A DNA stretch of 64,000 nt. Source: Lama guanicoe (taxonomy: Eukaryota). Of the stretch, positions 26,798 to 41,520 are shown piece after piece. Every line of letters starts with the position of its first letter. The stretch's first letter is position 1. Where the stretch lies: positions 798,274 through 862,273 of the forward strand of contig MU053645.1 of the NCBI GenBank assembly GCA_013239625.1, written 5' to 3'. Under the pieces are notes generated by a model, which was given only the letters and a program-made list of their open reading frames with translations, did no database searches and had not been told where the DNA came from. Both the position numbers and the translations under genes were made by a program.

Positions 26798-28809
26798 GTG
26801 ACTTATGTACATTATTCCATTTAATTCTCATCAGAACCCTAATAAATAAATATTATTAGTCCATCATTATAGATCAGGATACGGAAATTCAAAGACGTTA
26901 AAGTTGTACTGCCAAAACATTTTCGTGTCATTTGACACATAGAAAATGATAAAATGCATTTGCTCATTGGGATAAAATGACAAGGTTTCTAACAGTTTGG
27001 AGTAACTAGCCATCCCAGACCTTACTGGCCACCCAACAGCTGAGGGATCAGCGTGCTGGCACTCCTGCAGTAGCTAGCTGTGGCACACTGGTTGGGAGAC
27101 TTGGGGTTAAATACTTGGCCATGGTCACCTGTTTGTAAGAGAAGCAGAAGAGGAAAAATGTTAAGAACGTAGGAATTGGAATTAGACATACCTGTGTTTG
27201 GATTCAGAATCTGCTATGACTGTGGCTCTACAAAATGGACATTATACTGGTACCTTTCTCCTGCGTCATTAGAGAATGAAAGGTAAATTATATAAAGCAT
27301 CCCACGTAGATCTTGGCGCCTAGGAAACTTTCTATACGTACTAATGCTACTACTACTAACAGTAAGATAGCAAACCAGTGTCTCGACTCCAGAGTGTATG
27401 TTTTCTCACTGCCTTTCCTGAAGACACACATCCCCAGCTTGACAGTTTTAAAAAAAGGCTGCCCCACCTCCACTGCAGGCAAGGCTCTTCTGGAAGCGTC
27501 TATGTTGGCGTGAGTACGTATCCAGGGGATAGGAAGGGGAAGGATGGTTATGCTCTCAGTTCTGGCTGCAAAACACCCCCCACCCCCAACACATACACAA
27601 AGCTATTTTCACATAATTGTTTGTTTGTCATCTGCTGTTAAAGTCACTGACCAGAGGACTGACTGAATCAACCAAATGCATGAGGTGTTGAGCCATCATT
27701 AGCGACAGTCCAAGAGTGTGGTGGTATAGCTAGAACGAGTTCACGAAAAGAAGGTCTAAAGAAGGACAAATAAAACTGACTGAGTAAAAGTTATGTTTAC
27801 CTCCTGAAAATTTTGCCAACGCACAAAGTTAGGGAGTTATTCCTTGGGAAGAGGCCCCTTGTGGGGGGCCAGCAAAACTGTCGGTCATAAAAAATACATA
27901 CTTCTACCTCTTCATCACCAGGTGCTGGGCCAACCCTTCCCCACCTCATTATCTCTGAATATGAGAGTTCAAACAGCTACCTCAGTGCTCCAGCCAGCGA
28001 TCTGGGATGCCTTGATTGTAGGTTGAGACAAGAGGTGACAGAAGTTGGAACACTACACCCAGCTTGCCTAGTTATCTGCTTGAAGAAACCCAGTATCAAA
28101 TCCCACAGAATATTAAGAGTGACAAAGAATCGGATGGAAGTAAGGTTATAATTTATAATAAGGCTTGTAACGTGTGATGGCATTTTTAAAAATGCTCTTG
28201 CAGTGAGTTTGGACTACACCTTAATTATAGAAGAATTGTCAGTCAATAGAAGATTCCACCCCACTCCCCATTAACAGTGTCATCAAGAAGGCTTCTCTCA
28301 TGTGACTGTAGACTCGCAAATCTAGGTCAGCTTGTCTCCATTTATGGGAAGCAGAGATGCTCTTCTTACTGTTCTGCCAGTCATCCCAGTTCATGTGCTT
28401 TTTGATTAATGTGGAATCTGGCAAATTCCCGAAATCATCTCTTCAAGTGTCTACAACGAACAGGATAGGGCACAGCTAGCTCCATGATTAAGAAGACTTT
28501 CCACTTTTTTTTTTGTTGTTGTTCTTTTGCAATTTGCTAGGACTTCACTTTTGGATTTGGAGATACTGTCATTCTTGGATTATGTTCCCAAGTCTTAAAG
28601 GGACAGTAAAGGCAAAAACTCCTGGCACTGAAAATGGAGCTAAGCCTGCATACTTTCCCCCAAATAGCATGGTAGACACTGCATATACAAAGAGAAAGGG
28701 CCAGCTGCAGCCATTCACCTCTGCCTCTTCCAGGTACCTGAGGCTGAATGGGGCTTGGTGGGTTGAGATGTTAAAAGTTTTGGTGGGGAAGCCATTTCAG
28801 TTCTCCATT

Positions 28810-30760
28810 TCTTTATCTCACCTTTTTATTCATTCATTCTCTTAATCATTTTTCAACAAGCATTTACCGAGCACCCATGTGGCAGACATTAGAGTAAGCC
28901 CTGGGGCCACACTGTCAAGTAACATGGTCATTGCTCTCAGGAAGCTTACAGTCTAGTGGGATTATTCAATTAAAAGGTACAGCAATGATGGTAACAATAC
29001 ATAACACCAAGTGCTTACCACGTGCCAGGCACTATTCCAAGCACTTCACATGTACTAACTCATTTAATCCCCACAGCAACCCCTTGAGATAGGTTCAATT
29101 ATTTTTATTTCCCCAATATATAAACAAAGACACAGAGTAAAGTAACCTGACCAAAGAAAGCCACGTGGCTGGTATAAGTGAGAGCCAATATTCAAATCCA
29201 GGAAGACTGCTTCTGAGGCTGTGCTTTTAACCATTAAGCAGATTGCCTCTTCTGTGTGATACTCCAGAGGAAAGCGGTGTCATGGGAGCCCTCTAAGCCA
29301 GATTGGGAGGTCAAGGAGAGCTTCACAGAGGAAGTGACCCTTGAATTAAGTTTTGAAGAATGAGGAGCCAATAGCCAAATGGATACAGAGGAGAGAACAT
29401 TCCAAGCAGAGGAAACCACACACGTGAGGTCACGGAGGTTTGAAATAATGTGACATGTTCAGGAAACTACAAGTAGTTCCATATGGCTGGAACATATGGG
29501 AAAGTGTCAGGAGAAGATTCTAGTGAGGTAAATAAGAGCCAGATCACAAAAGGGCTTTGTATGGTAAGCCAAGAAGTTTGACAATTATCCTGAAAGCTAG
29601 GTGAAGACACTGAAGGATCTTTTTTTAAAAATTTATTCTATTTTTTAAAGTGAATCATAGTCAGTTCACAATGTGGTATTTGTTTCTGGTGTACAGCATA
29701 GTGATTTGACATAGAAAACAAACTTATGGTTTTCAGGGGGAAATGGGGGGAAGGGTTCATTGGGAGTTCAGGATTTGCAGATACACATTACGATATATAA
29801 AATAGATAAACAACAAGGTTCTACTGTATAGCACAGGGAACTATAGTCAATATCTTGTTATAATCTATAATGAAAGCTCTTTAGAACAGTTTTTTACAAT
29901 GATCATTCTGATAGTAGTACTGAGCAAAGACTAGGAGGGGTCAAGACTGGAATTATAGAGCTCATTTATGAAATTATTACCATAGTTCAGGTAAAAAAAA
30001 TACGTCAAGATGGTAGAAAAGGGCATAGTAGATGGGATGGATATAAGCAATGCTAAGGAGGTAGAAAGGCCAGCCTTGGAGAATGAGGGAGAGGAAGGAG
30101 GTCGTGCCTCCCAGGTTTCTGCTTGGTTGGCAGAACTACCAAGCTCCTACATTTTACAGCACAATAAGTAGCACCCAATACATGTTTTATAATAAAGGAA
30201 GAATATCTAAATCAAAGGATGGATGAATGGTCGGTATTAGATATTTAGGGAGTATAAAATATCATCATCTGGATGTACAGGGTGAAGGAAAGACAGGAGT
30301 CAAGAATGGTCCAAGGTTTTGGCTCAGTTGACTTCCTTCACTGAGATAGGCAACACAGGAAGAGGAGCAGTTGGGAACAATGATGAGGAGTTCAAGTTTA
30401 AATACACTAAGTGGAAGGTGCTTGTAAGACACCCAGCTGACAGTGATATGTGCAAAGAAGAAGAATACAGCGGGATACAGATGATATCACAGTAGTGGCT
30501 CATACTAAGCACATACTAAGTTCCAGATGCTGTTCTAAGTGCTTTGTAATGACTTGTCTAATATTTCTCTAAATCCCACTATTACTAAAAACTATTACTA
30601 TTAGTATCCTTATTCACAACTAGTGAATTCAGACACAGAAAGGTTAAATGACTCATTCAAAGTCACACAGCTTAAAAGTGGGAAGTATGGGGTTTAAACC
30701 CACACTGTCCAATTCCCAAGACTGAGGTTTTAAGTACTACCCTATCATGCCAATCCATAG
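28810..30760 (-). mobile_element. Cluster of L2 and MIR fragments
   Basis: L2 3' tail (attcattcattc..gcatttaccgagcacc). MIR cores at ~29000-29230 and ~30500-30750. L2 body at ~29300-30480. Confidence 0.6.
29623..29870 (-). mobile_element. Short L1 with 5' inversion
   Basis: 29623-29707 is the tail and terminal 3'UTR on -. 29708-29870 is the upstream 3'UTR segment on +. Imperfect TSD tgaaggatcttt / tgaaagctcttt. Confidence 0.8.
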
Positions 30761-30993
30761 CAGAGGAAGCATGGGAATTGAAAGTACTTAAAGAAAAATA
30801 CGGTTAAGCCAGGGAGCCCCTGTTAATGCCACCCATTGCAATAACCCAGCAGAGCTTTTACAGCTGCTCTGTTCATTTTGCTTGTTATCAGATCTCACTT
30901 CCACCACTAGCTGGCACTTGATTGCCTATCTTTTTCCACATTTCTTTGCACAGTATCTAGAATTGACCTATTGTTTTCTCCAACAGTTACACT

Positions 30994-31405
30994 TGGGGTG
31001 ACCAACTTGTCCCAGTTTGTTTGGGATTGAGGGTTTCCAGAACATGGGACTTCCATTTTATTAATTAGTTTATTTTTTCTTGAAGTGTACTTGATTTACG
31101 ATGTTGTGTTAGTTTCAGGTGTACAGGAAAGTGACTCAGTTATATAGATACAGATATTCTTTTTCAGATTCTTTTTCACGATAGTTTATTACAAGACATT
31201 GAATATAGTTTCCTGTGCTATACAGTAGGTTTTTGTTGTTTTATATATAGCAGTACGTATATGCTAATCCCAAACTCCTAATTTATCCCTCTCCCCAATC
31301 CCTTTCACCTTTGCTAACCATAGTTTGTTTTCTATGTCCGTGAGGGGACTTCCACTTGTAAAGCCAGAACAGCCCTGGGTAAACCAGTACAAATTGGTCA
31401 CCCTG
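30994..31405. mobile_element. MER81-like hAT MITE split by an L1 3' end
   Basis: Terminal inverted repeats GGGTGACCAA...TTGGTCACCC. Internal gggattgagggtttcc motif. Confidence 0.75.
31059..31344 (-). mobile_element. Short 5'-truncated L1 3' end
   Basis: Reverse complement of the L1 3'UTR. TSD gggacttcca(t/c)tt at 31046-31058 and 31345-31357. Confidence 0.9.
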
Positions 31406-32392
31406 GACACATTTAAGCATAATCACAAATGGGAAGCTTTGGGATCAGCTCAGGCCACTTACAATCTTACCAACATCTCTCTTCCAAAGAAGGATATAAG
31501 AACTCGATCAATCATTGACTCTGAGGCACAGCTCAGTTACGGGACAATGTGCTGTCAGCTAAGTAATAGTGAATTCCAGTATACTGTAAGATTTCTGTTT
31601 TGTTTCTCAAAAGCATTTGAAACCCTTTTAGGTTATTCTTCCTCACCTTCAGCTGTTGACAGGAAAACATGAATGTCTTCAACTCATTACAACAAAGGTC
31701 TAATTCAGCAGTTTCCCAGATTCCTTCTATAGAAGAGTTTGATACCTTCAGAAGAGTTCTCTCAACTCTCCTCTTTAGAACTCAGGTGGGGCTGAGGGGT
31801 CTATCCTAACAGACAGACCTCAGCGATGTGATAGACAACTGCAAGTAGGAAAGGACCTTGAACAAGTCTCTTCTTACCTTGGGTCAGGCCTGACTCAGAA
31901 CAGTTCCTCCCTTTCCTGAGCCTGAAATGGCCACCATTTTAGGAATGGGGTGTGATTTGGCCAGATATTCACGAGACCTAGGGATCCAGCAATGACAGAT
32001 GCTCCCAGAGACCAGGGTAGAAAGAACAAAGGGTATCTGCTGCATATCACACTTGCAGGTTTTGCTAATTCAACATGAGATATGCATGATATATTAGCAG
32101 AGACATAACAAAGGTTCTAGAAAACATGACTTACCTCTCTATGAATCTTGCAAACTTGCTAGGGAACTCCTGTTAGTGAAGATTAGCTACTATTCTTATT
32201 GGTTATAGGGGGAACGTTGGAAAGACAATTGGAAGGAATCAAAAGCAAGAGCCTTGTCAGCTTATCCCTGTACCTTCTTTCACCGGGCAAAATTAATTCC
32301 TTAAAAAAGCTGGTGCACATCAGGGAAAAAGGATGCATTTCATGGGAACAAGGGGAGAACTTTTTGAGCTGCCTTTCCTGTAAAGTCTAGAG

Positions 32393-32615
32393 CAGGAAAA
32401 ATCAGCAAACTTTTTCTGTAAAGGGCCTGATAATAAATACCTTCAGCTTTGTATGCCATACAGCCTGTTGGAAATATTCAACTCTGCCATTTTAATAAGG
32501 AAGCAGCCATAGAGACAGTATATAAACAACTAAGCATGGCTGTGTTCCAACAGGACTTCGTAAAGACAGGCAATGTGCCAGGTTTGCCCCCTTGGCTGTA
32601 GTTTGCCTACATCTG
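32393..32615. mobile_element. MER58A-like hAT-Charlie MITE
   Basis: cagg..tcagcaaactttttctgtaaagggcc..gtagtttgcctacatctg with an 8-bp TSD (g/c)tctagag. Confidence 0.85.
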
Positions 32616-35600
32616 CTCTAGAGGTGAAAGGAAGGCCAAGACAATTGGCTAATTCTACCACCACACACATAAGTGTGGTTTGTGTGTGTAAAAGGGAATT
32701 CATTAAGTTTCCTTCATTATGTAGTTTAAAAAACATAATTCAGCTACATGAAATAACGGATGGAGTATATCTGTCATATTAACATTCAAAACATAGGAAA
32801 CACTGTTCAAAGAAATTTGTGTTTATCTTCTCTTCAAAAATTCGGCCACCAAAACATTAAAACATCCCCTGAAATAGTTCTGTGCCCAACTTTGAGTGCT
32901 TTCTAAGTTCCATAGCAGTCCCTGGCCACATGCATACACACACTGACTAGTCTCATAGAGCAACTGATCTTCATTTCAGCAGCAAAAGAAATACTTTGTG
33001 CTCGAAATTTATGAAGCATTTTCCCATAAATTTGCATTTCTTCCACACAACAGTCATGGGTGGTAGACAGGGTACATGGTTATTCCAAGTTACATAGGAA
33101 GCTGAGGCCCAGAGAAGCTACACAACTTACTCCTATCACACAGCAAGTTAAAGCCCTGTTCTTGTCGCCACAGCCAGGGCTCTTGCCACTGCAGTGTAAG
33201 TAAGGCAACTAAATGGTTTATATAACTCTAGATTTACAGGATCGTCTAACAATGGTGAGTCGATATAAGCTGGGTTGAAGAACTAGATATTGATTCTTGA
33301 GTTAAGGAAATGTATTCCAATCATAAAACACAGTTGGAGAAGCTGTGCAGAGGTAAGTCCGTCGAAGCCTCCTGTAACACAGTCTTTAGGATCAGAGCCA
33401 GGAAAGCCACATTATAAGGAAAAGTACCTTATGCCATCCAGTAACTAAATCCCCTTGGAGAGGGTCCAAGGCATAGCTACCTTATAATGAACTCTAATTT
33501 ATGGCAAATATTATTTTAGTGAGATTCCAGTGTCAGATTTTTCTGTTGTGGTTTTGCAAGCAATGTGGTCTTAAAAGCTGTCATGAAATGAAGATTTTGA
33601 CAGATAGGTGATAACAAAGGAAAAAGTCACATACAAATTGCCATGTTCCAATGTTAGTATTCATTTTATAATGCAGATTACATTTTGCAATTCCCAACAA
33701 TTTGCATTTTTCTTATTTAAAATAAAAACCTGTGGTATAGACAAACTGGATGAATTTTAGCATGAACTATAATAACTTATGAGCAATTATAGAAGCACAT
33801 GTACAGTCTCTGAGTAATTTGTCTTTCTGCTTGCTGTCAAATAAATAATTTTTGCATCTTGAATCTGCCTGTAGTAATTTTGCTATGGCACCGTCATCTG
33901 GAGTGATTTATACTGTACAGTTGTTACACCTATTTATCTCATATCTTGTTACCCAAAATCCAATTTTGAGTTCAAGTAAATGAGAAAAAAACACTACTTT
34001 GTTGATGTATTTTCTAAAACAGACTAGAGAATTAAGTAGCAAGTTATATTAACCATGCACAATTCAAAGGGAGCTCAGTCTATCTATCAGGCAACAACCA
34101 GAGGTTACAATCCAAATGGGTCGTTACAAATAGTTTTATGTCCTGGGCAAAGAGCACAAACTCTCAATTAGATATTCTGCTGAGTTTCTTTTCTTATATT
34201 TGGATCAAATAAGTAGGTAGACTTCTCCAGTTTGAAAGCAAAGCAAACAGGAAAACTTGACACCATTTTGGTGATCTCAGATAAATGAAAATCAAGTAAT
34301 CGGTCTCAATCATTAACCACCCCCGACCGTCCCTCCCTCCCTCTTTCTCTGTTAGATCTATGGCTTACTTGTTTTAAAGTCCAGATGACTTGTTTTGGGA
34401 AGGATGAAATGAAGGGCAGACGGATAAACTATTTTTGTGTGTGTGTATATATACACATATATAAAAATACTTGAATATTTCTGTGTGTAAACATATTCAG
34501 AGAAACGTTTCAGAACACTTGTACAATTGAAATAGGGAACTAAAGGTATAAATGACAATTTATATATCATTCCAAGTCCACTCTCACTCTTCTCTTGAGT
34601 TGTTACACTGTCCCTAAATTGTGCAGTCATCCCTGGCTGTGGTGTGAACACATTTATACAATCTCATCATATTGTATAACAGAAATAATGTGGTAGAATG
34701 AAGTCAGGATGCCAGAACTGTTTCCACATCTGCTTGTATTGAGCTGTGGAGTGAATGCAGGAACCAAATGAGTCATTAAAAACAAGCTCACTCCAAGCAT
34801 CCACGAGCCACTTATTTGTAAATGGACTGAATCACTCATTTGTAAATGGACTGCACAGAAAATTTAACAGTTCTATGGATCCTCATTGTCAACTTCTGTG
34901 GGAAAGGAGGCACACAGATGACAGAGCTGGCCAAGGATCGAAATTAACAGCAAATGTTCAAAGCAGCCCAGGCCCCGGGTTGGATCACTTGGTCAGGCCC
35001 TAGTAGATTATGTTTTGTGCAAGTAAGCATTTTCATTACAGACCTCAAGTATGTTGGCTCTTTAAACCAGTTCTAAGTAATTTTTAACTGACTCACTTTA
35101 GACAAGTCATTTAACCCATGGAATATGTTTCCACTCATGAAAAAAATGAGGGGCTTACGGTTCGTGAACTTTAAGGTATCTTATAATTCCAAGTCTGTAA
35201 TTTTATGATGACACGGGGGAAAAAAAATCACCTGTCCTCAGGTATCAGGTTAAGCCAAATGTCAGCGAGCAGGGCAAGGCTTGTAGGAAGCAGAGTAAAC
35301 TGCCATCTCTGTGGATTGAGGAGCAATCTGCCCAAAGTATTTCACATGTCTGTCCACACATGGCTCTTCCACTGCCCAGCCTTGGCACTTAAAATCCCCC
35401 TTCTATGACAGTAATGTCTTTGTGTGAAATCAGTGTGTTTCCAAGAGGCCAATTTGGAAATTTATGAGGTGTAACCTTTCAGCCCATTACCACGGAGTTA
35501 GTGCAGATTAGTTTATTCCTAAAGAAAAAGATGATCCCAGAAGGGATTTGGTACAGGGCAAGCCTACTGCCCTACCTCATTCTCTCATTCTCCTATTCTC

Positions 35601-37169
35601 CCTTCCTTCCTTGATAACAGCTTTTTTTAATTTTTATTTATTTTGGTAGTAGAAGAGGCAGAGAAAGATCTCTAGTCAAAATCTGTAGGAGGAGATGGGG
35701 ATTTCTCACTTGCTTGGCTTCTCAATCTGAAAGCGAATAACATCAGCACTTCCTCTCTGGACCTCTATTGTCAAAACTCCCCACCAAACTTCAGGCTGTA
35801 GAGAAATGGAAAGATACTCCATCTTATAGACAGCCTGGAGAAGCCTGGCCTAAGTCTTATTAGCTTTATAGGTCGAATAAGTTGTTTAATGTCTCTAGGG
35901 CTCTCACAAGACTTAAGGGACAGACTTGGCACTAGAACGCAGGGCTCCAAACTTTAGCTATAATAGAGAAATTCCTGTAAAAATTTCTTCTAGTGAGAAT
36001 TACTGTGAAATACATTACATCTTCTCAATATAAATTGTATGAATCTTGTCAATTTCAGGTACCATTTACATGTTTGTAGAAATTGGCATCAGTATATGAG
36101 GGAAAGGTATTTGGGAAAAGAGTCTCAAGGTCAAGTAAATATTTTGTTTACAAAGATATTCCATACTCTGGCTGCTTTATAATATTAGTATCATAAAGAT
36201 TAAGATCATAAAGATCCTAATATTATACTTTTTTTCAGGCAATGGCAAATCTCTTCAGAGATGTGTAGGCACAGAGTTCACCTGAATACAAAAAATTTGA
36301 AAATGAAAAGAAATGAATGAAATTGTAAACAGTTTACAAAATTAAACCAATGAAACCTGTCACTTGTGTAAATAGATGTACTTTCTTGGAGTGTTGCTAA
36401 AGTATGCAAATAGAGTTAAAGCAGCATCAGCTACAAAACACAGCGTATACCACAGCCCAGAAAGTTAGGATGAAATCAACCAACATTTATCAAGCACCCG
36501 CTGAAACATAAAAGACGTGCTTTCATTCAGTAAACATCACTGGAAGTAGAAAAGAGACTCTGGACGAAGAGATACTGAGACTCTCTGTAAGTACCTGAGG
36601 TTCCGATGTGGTAATATAGTTAAACTGTAATCCTCATCAGCATAAAGGACAGGGAAATATGCCTGTGAGATAACTGATCTGAGCCCTCTGAGAGAATGAA
36701 AGGAAGCAATCAAAGGAAAATGTTTTCAACAACTACTATGGGTCTAGATCTGGACCAGGTAGGATGGGGAGCTAAGAAACAAGGCATGGTTTCTGTCCTC
36801 AAGAGGGTCCTGATCGCTCTTCTGTAAAGGTAAAGCATCCTCAAATTAAAAGCCAGTTTAATAGAAGTCATGCAGTTTATGCTAAATGCTTACTAAAAGT
36901 ACAATCATTAGGTCTCTAGAACGTCACAGCATGCAAAAATCACTGCCAGCTGGAGGGGGCTTTTGCTTAATCCTTTTTGAGCATCTATTATGGACAAGGC
37001 ACTTTTTCAGGACAAGCCTTCTTACAAGAGGAAGCACTGAAGCTTGAAGGATGGGAACATTTTGGTTGATACTTTCCTGGTCATCTGGACTCCAGCCCTC
37101 CCACTCTCCCTGCCTCAGCCCGACCCGGGGTGGGTGGGGGTATGAGGGCAAAGTCAGCCTTTCACAAAA

Positions 37170-38870
37170 CCTTATCAAATTTCCTGCCATAATGCTTTTC
37201 ACATCTGCATCCATCTCATCAGTTCTGTTCCCACTGCCATCCTATTGAAAGCCTTCATTAACTCACATCTGAACTCTATTATAACCTCCTAACCAGGCCT
37301 CCTCTCTTCAGTCTCTCCTCCCACTAATCTACCCTGCACACAGCTGCCAGATTCATCTTCCTGAAATGCCTATTTCATCATGTCTCTATGCATTTTCGAC
37401 AGGATACATTTTAAATTCCTTTCCCTGGAATTCATGACTCCCTACAATCAGAGCCCAGGCTACATTTCCAGCCTCATTTTTCCTACAATAATGTTCTAGT
37501 TCGCCCAGACCTACTCATTGTTCCCAAACTTTTCTTACATTTCTATCTCAAGCTTCTGTTCACATTTTCCCCAATCTTAAATGCCACCCTCAGTCTTTTT
37601 TATTGATAGAAATTCTAAATTCCTTCTCCTTCATAGTTTTTCCTGATTACTCTGGCCAACAATGAGAGCTTGCTCCCCTGACTTCAAATTATTCTATTAG
37701 CACTTAAATTTTAACTCTAGCTTGCTACAGGTATATACCTCCTCTTTAACCTCAGTAAACAGGGAATGAGGATCTGAAATCTGAAAAGACACCAGGTTGT
37801 AAGCACCATGGAAGCCAGGAGACTAGTTAAAAGGTGATTGTACTCTTGCAAGCAAGAGCTAATGATGCCTGGAAAATATTCAGGCCCCAGGAATACAAAG
37901 GAACTAATGGTGAGATACATTACCAAAAGGGAAAAAAAGGAGCAAGGGGACTTGATTGAGGAGATAAGGGAATCAGAAAGATGAATAGCATATGAGTTTT
38001 GAGGCTGAATCACACTATTAAAATTCAAAAGGAGAGTCAAACCTGTTTGGTAAAGAAGGTGATGAGTTTGTTCTCTGGCTAATTGAGCTCATGTCAGGGT
38101 ATAGTAGGTGGTTAGAGAGAAAAGAGCTTGGAAAAATGATCAGAGCTAGTGATACAGACTGGAGAGAAAGCTGCACAGAGGTAGTAACTGAAGCCATGAT
38201 TTTCAATGCATTTATAAGAGAAAGAATGAAGAATGAGAAAAGAAGGGGGAGCAAGAAAAGAGATTCCAGTGGAGGAGACACAGGAACACTAGAAAGAAAA
38301 GAAATAGGAGGGTTAAATAATTAAAGAGCTTGAACATAATAAGGAGGAATACAAGACCAAAAAAGTCAACAACCTAAGTCTGCTCCTTGGAAGATTAATA
38401 GTAACATCTAAGATGCCAGATTTAGGGACCAAAGCCATCAGCACTGAATGTAGGATGCCCTAAGGTATAAGAAAATCAAGGCAATAGGTGTTTGGTGCTA
38501 AGATTAAGAGAAGAAAAAGAATGAGACAGAAGCTAAAGGGCACAGAAGGGCAAACCAATAATTTTGGTGTAATGAGGCTCTCACATATCACATGCAGACA
38601 TCGCTGAGTTGTATGGTTTAGTGATTAAGGGTGTAAGATACGAATGTCAGGCTGGCCGAGTTCATATCCCAGGTCTGCCACTTTGAATATGTGCAAAACT
38701 GGACAATTTATTTAACCCTTCCCCCATGATTCACTTTCCTCATATATAAATTGAATATAATGAAAAGCAAATCTACCTGACTGGCTTGTTGTTAGAATTA
38801 AATAAGATAATATAGGTCATATGATTGGAATATAAAACGTGTTCAATCCATGTTAGCTATATTAAGATGG
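37170..38870. mobile_element. L2 fragments in both orientations plus a MIR
   Basis: L2-like cacagctgccagattcatcttcctgaaatg on +. L2-like gtagtaactgaagccatg region on -. MIR-like at ~38610-38860. Confidence 0.5.
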
Positions 38871-41319
38871 TGATCATCATTACTACATGATCCAGTTCAT
38901 ATCAGGGCCCTTTACAAAGCTATCTTTGCAATACACTTGCTTAGGACTCCAACTTGGAAGAATTATTCAAAATCAACCCTGGTGTTAATGTGTGTTGAAA
39001 GAGGACTAACATACAGATGTCAAGTTGTCTCAGAGTCCAGCTAAACTAAATAAACAAAACAACTGATTAAGTTATATTTGTGATGTTCAGAATTTGAGAA
39101 GTCTTCTGTTTAGACTTGTAAATGTCCTCGAATTGTGCCCATGTAAGCTACATATGAAGGGTCAGGATTCTGCATATAATCTCTAACATGTATGATGTTT
39201 TAAATGAATTACAGGGTACATAAAATGCCTCATTTAATTTGATCAGGGAATTGAGTAACAAATGAAGTAGTTGTCGCTATACAATGGCTCCCTAGAATAA
39301 TGCTGTAGCTAGTAACAAAAATGTGCCTTGTTATTTTTATGGGCCATAGAACACATTCAGTGAACTATGAATAGGATGATAGTCAACCAGCTGAAAATTG
39401 TATCTTTTACACGATGAATTGTACACACTCACAGTCAGCAGTATATACCTGAAAAAAAATTTTTTTTCTAGGAGTCAAAATTTGTCATGTAATCATATAG
39501 CCCATTTTATGATACTTTGAAATAACACAAGCTCTGGTCCTATCCCAATTTCATTATTTATGTTCATTATCTTACCCTCACCCCCAATAGTCAGTGAAAT
39601 TGAGGGAGAAGAGTTTCCCTTCTACTTGAATTGTCCTGTCCACTAAGATAAATCTGCAGATTTTCAAAAAACTTCTATATCATAAATATGCCCATAGAAT
39701 GGATACTATTTTGGTTATTGTAATCTCTCTTTCTCTCTCCCCTTTTTACCCTCTCCCCCTACTTTTTCTACTAGAATAAAGTCTTGATTAGCCATATCAC
39801 AATTAAGAGGACTCTCAACTCATGATTTGAAAACTCAGAAAAGGAAGTGGCAAGTCACATGGAGACCAAAATCATATCAGTAATTTCGTTAAAAATACTT
39901 CCAGAGAATGAATGAAGAGATCAGTGCAGTTCAGTTCAACCTCCTAAACCATCTCCATCAATGACTATGGACATTGTTCACTGATGTTCAAAGCAGTGGT
40001 CTAGACACACTGGGCACCATATTTGCATAATAAAGTTGCTGAAGAACACTGCAAGAGCTCTCATCATTATTCAAAGTTTATTTCAATTTGATTAACTTTT
40101 TATTAAGACAGGGAAGGAGACAATTTAGAAAGATTTCCAATAATTTGAAATCTAAAGCAAACTTTGTTTTAATTATATATCATTGTTTCAATCTCTTTAG
40201 AAATACACTTGATACATATTTCCCCTAAAAATACAGTGAGTTCTCCGTTTCTCCACAAATGTGGCATAGTCCTATCATTTGATTCTTTTGTCATTTTCTC
40301 ACGTTTCAAGACAGGTCAAGGAAATAGTGTGGTGAATGGTTTAAGCTGTCTGTCAAATGCTGTGATTTACTTCAACATTTGGCTGCTACATTAGTATTAC
40401 AAGTGTTGTTTCTAAGCGCATAACCATAAAGGTAATTTATTAAGATTCATGACAGATTGAGTGCCAAAGCCTGGGCCATTACAGAGGAACCAACCAACAA
40501 AAGAAGTGCTTTTTAACATCCATGAAAGGCAAACCACTTAGTTCCTTCCCTTAAGGCTGAGCAGCCTGAGAACTGTCAGCTCAGTCCGGTCTGAGACAGA
40601 CAGCAGATCTTTCTACTGAGGCAGCTGTTCATTTACTCAAAGGAATGAAGATGTTTAACAAGATCAAGCAGTAAAGAAATGTCAAAAAGAATGCATCGTG
40701 TAGCGAAAGGAGGACACCTGGGGGCCCTTTAAACAAGCAGTTTCTAACTCCAGTGAAATATTTGAACACATGGATTTTTAACCCTCGATGAGCCTGGTGA
40801 AAACAGATCTAGCTGGGACGGGCCTTGGGCTTCAGGACCCTGACTGTAGAGGCTGCTCCTCCTTGCTCTCTCTCTGCCACCCGGGCAGACAAGAGTTAAA
40901 CATTGAACTCTGACCCAATTACCAAAGACAGAAGCTAAAATCAAGTCCTGACAGCATATTGTGTCTTTTGATCATAGTGTTAAGATGTTTCAGTGCTGAG
41001 TTAATTAAATAGCATTGGATTTAATTGTGTTTTGACATGATTTCCCTGCTTGGCTGGTGATTCTTTATTGATGTCAAACCTACGGATGCCTGAGTGTCTT
41101 CATTTCATATATTTTACTGTGAAGTAAAGGCAAATAGAACAAAAGCCTAGATTTTGAAAGGAACGCGTGTTAACTGGTAAAACTTTAAATTCGTGTAAAT
41201 CTAGGCTTCTTTTTCACCTCATCCAGATACCACAGGATTTCCTTTCTACAAAGAACAATATAGTATCATTATTAAAATTTAAATTGAGTTTTTAAAATAA
41301 TTAAACACACATTTGAATT

Positions 41320-41520
41320 GTGATTTACCATTTGCATAGTGCTTTCACATACATGTCACCATTTGCTCTCCACAACATTACGAGGTAGGTACTACTATTT
41401 ACCTCCATTTTATAGATGAGGAAACTATAGCACAGAACAGTTAAGCAATATACTCAGGGTCATATACCTAGTAAGTGGCAGAGGTATAAAATGAATCAAA
41501 TGCTAAGTCTACTGCTCTTT
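41320..41520 (-). mobile_element. MIR SINE
   Basis: ctccattttatagatgaggaaactatagcacag..gtcatatacctagtaagtggcagag core. Confidence 0.75.
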
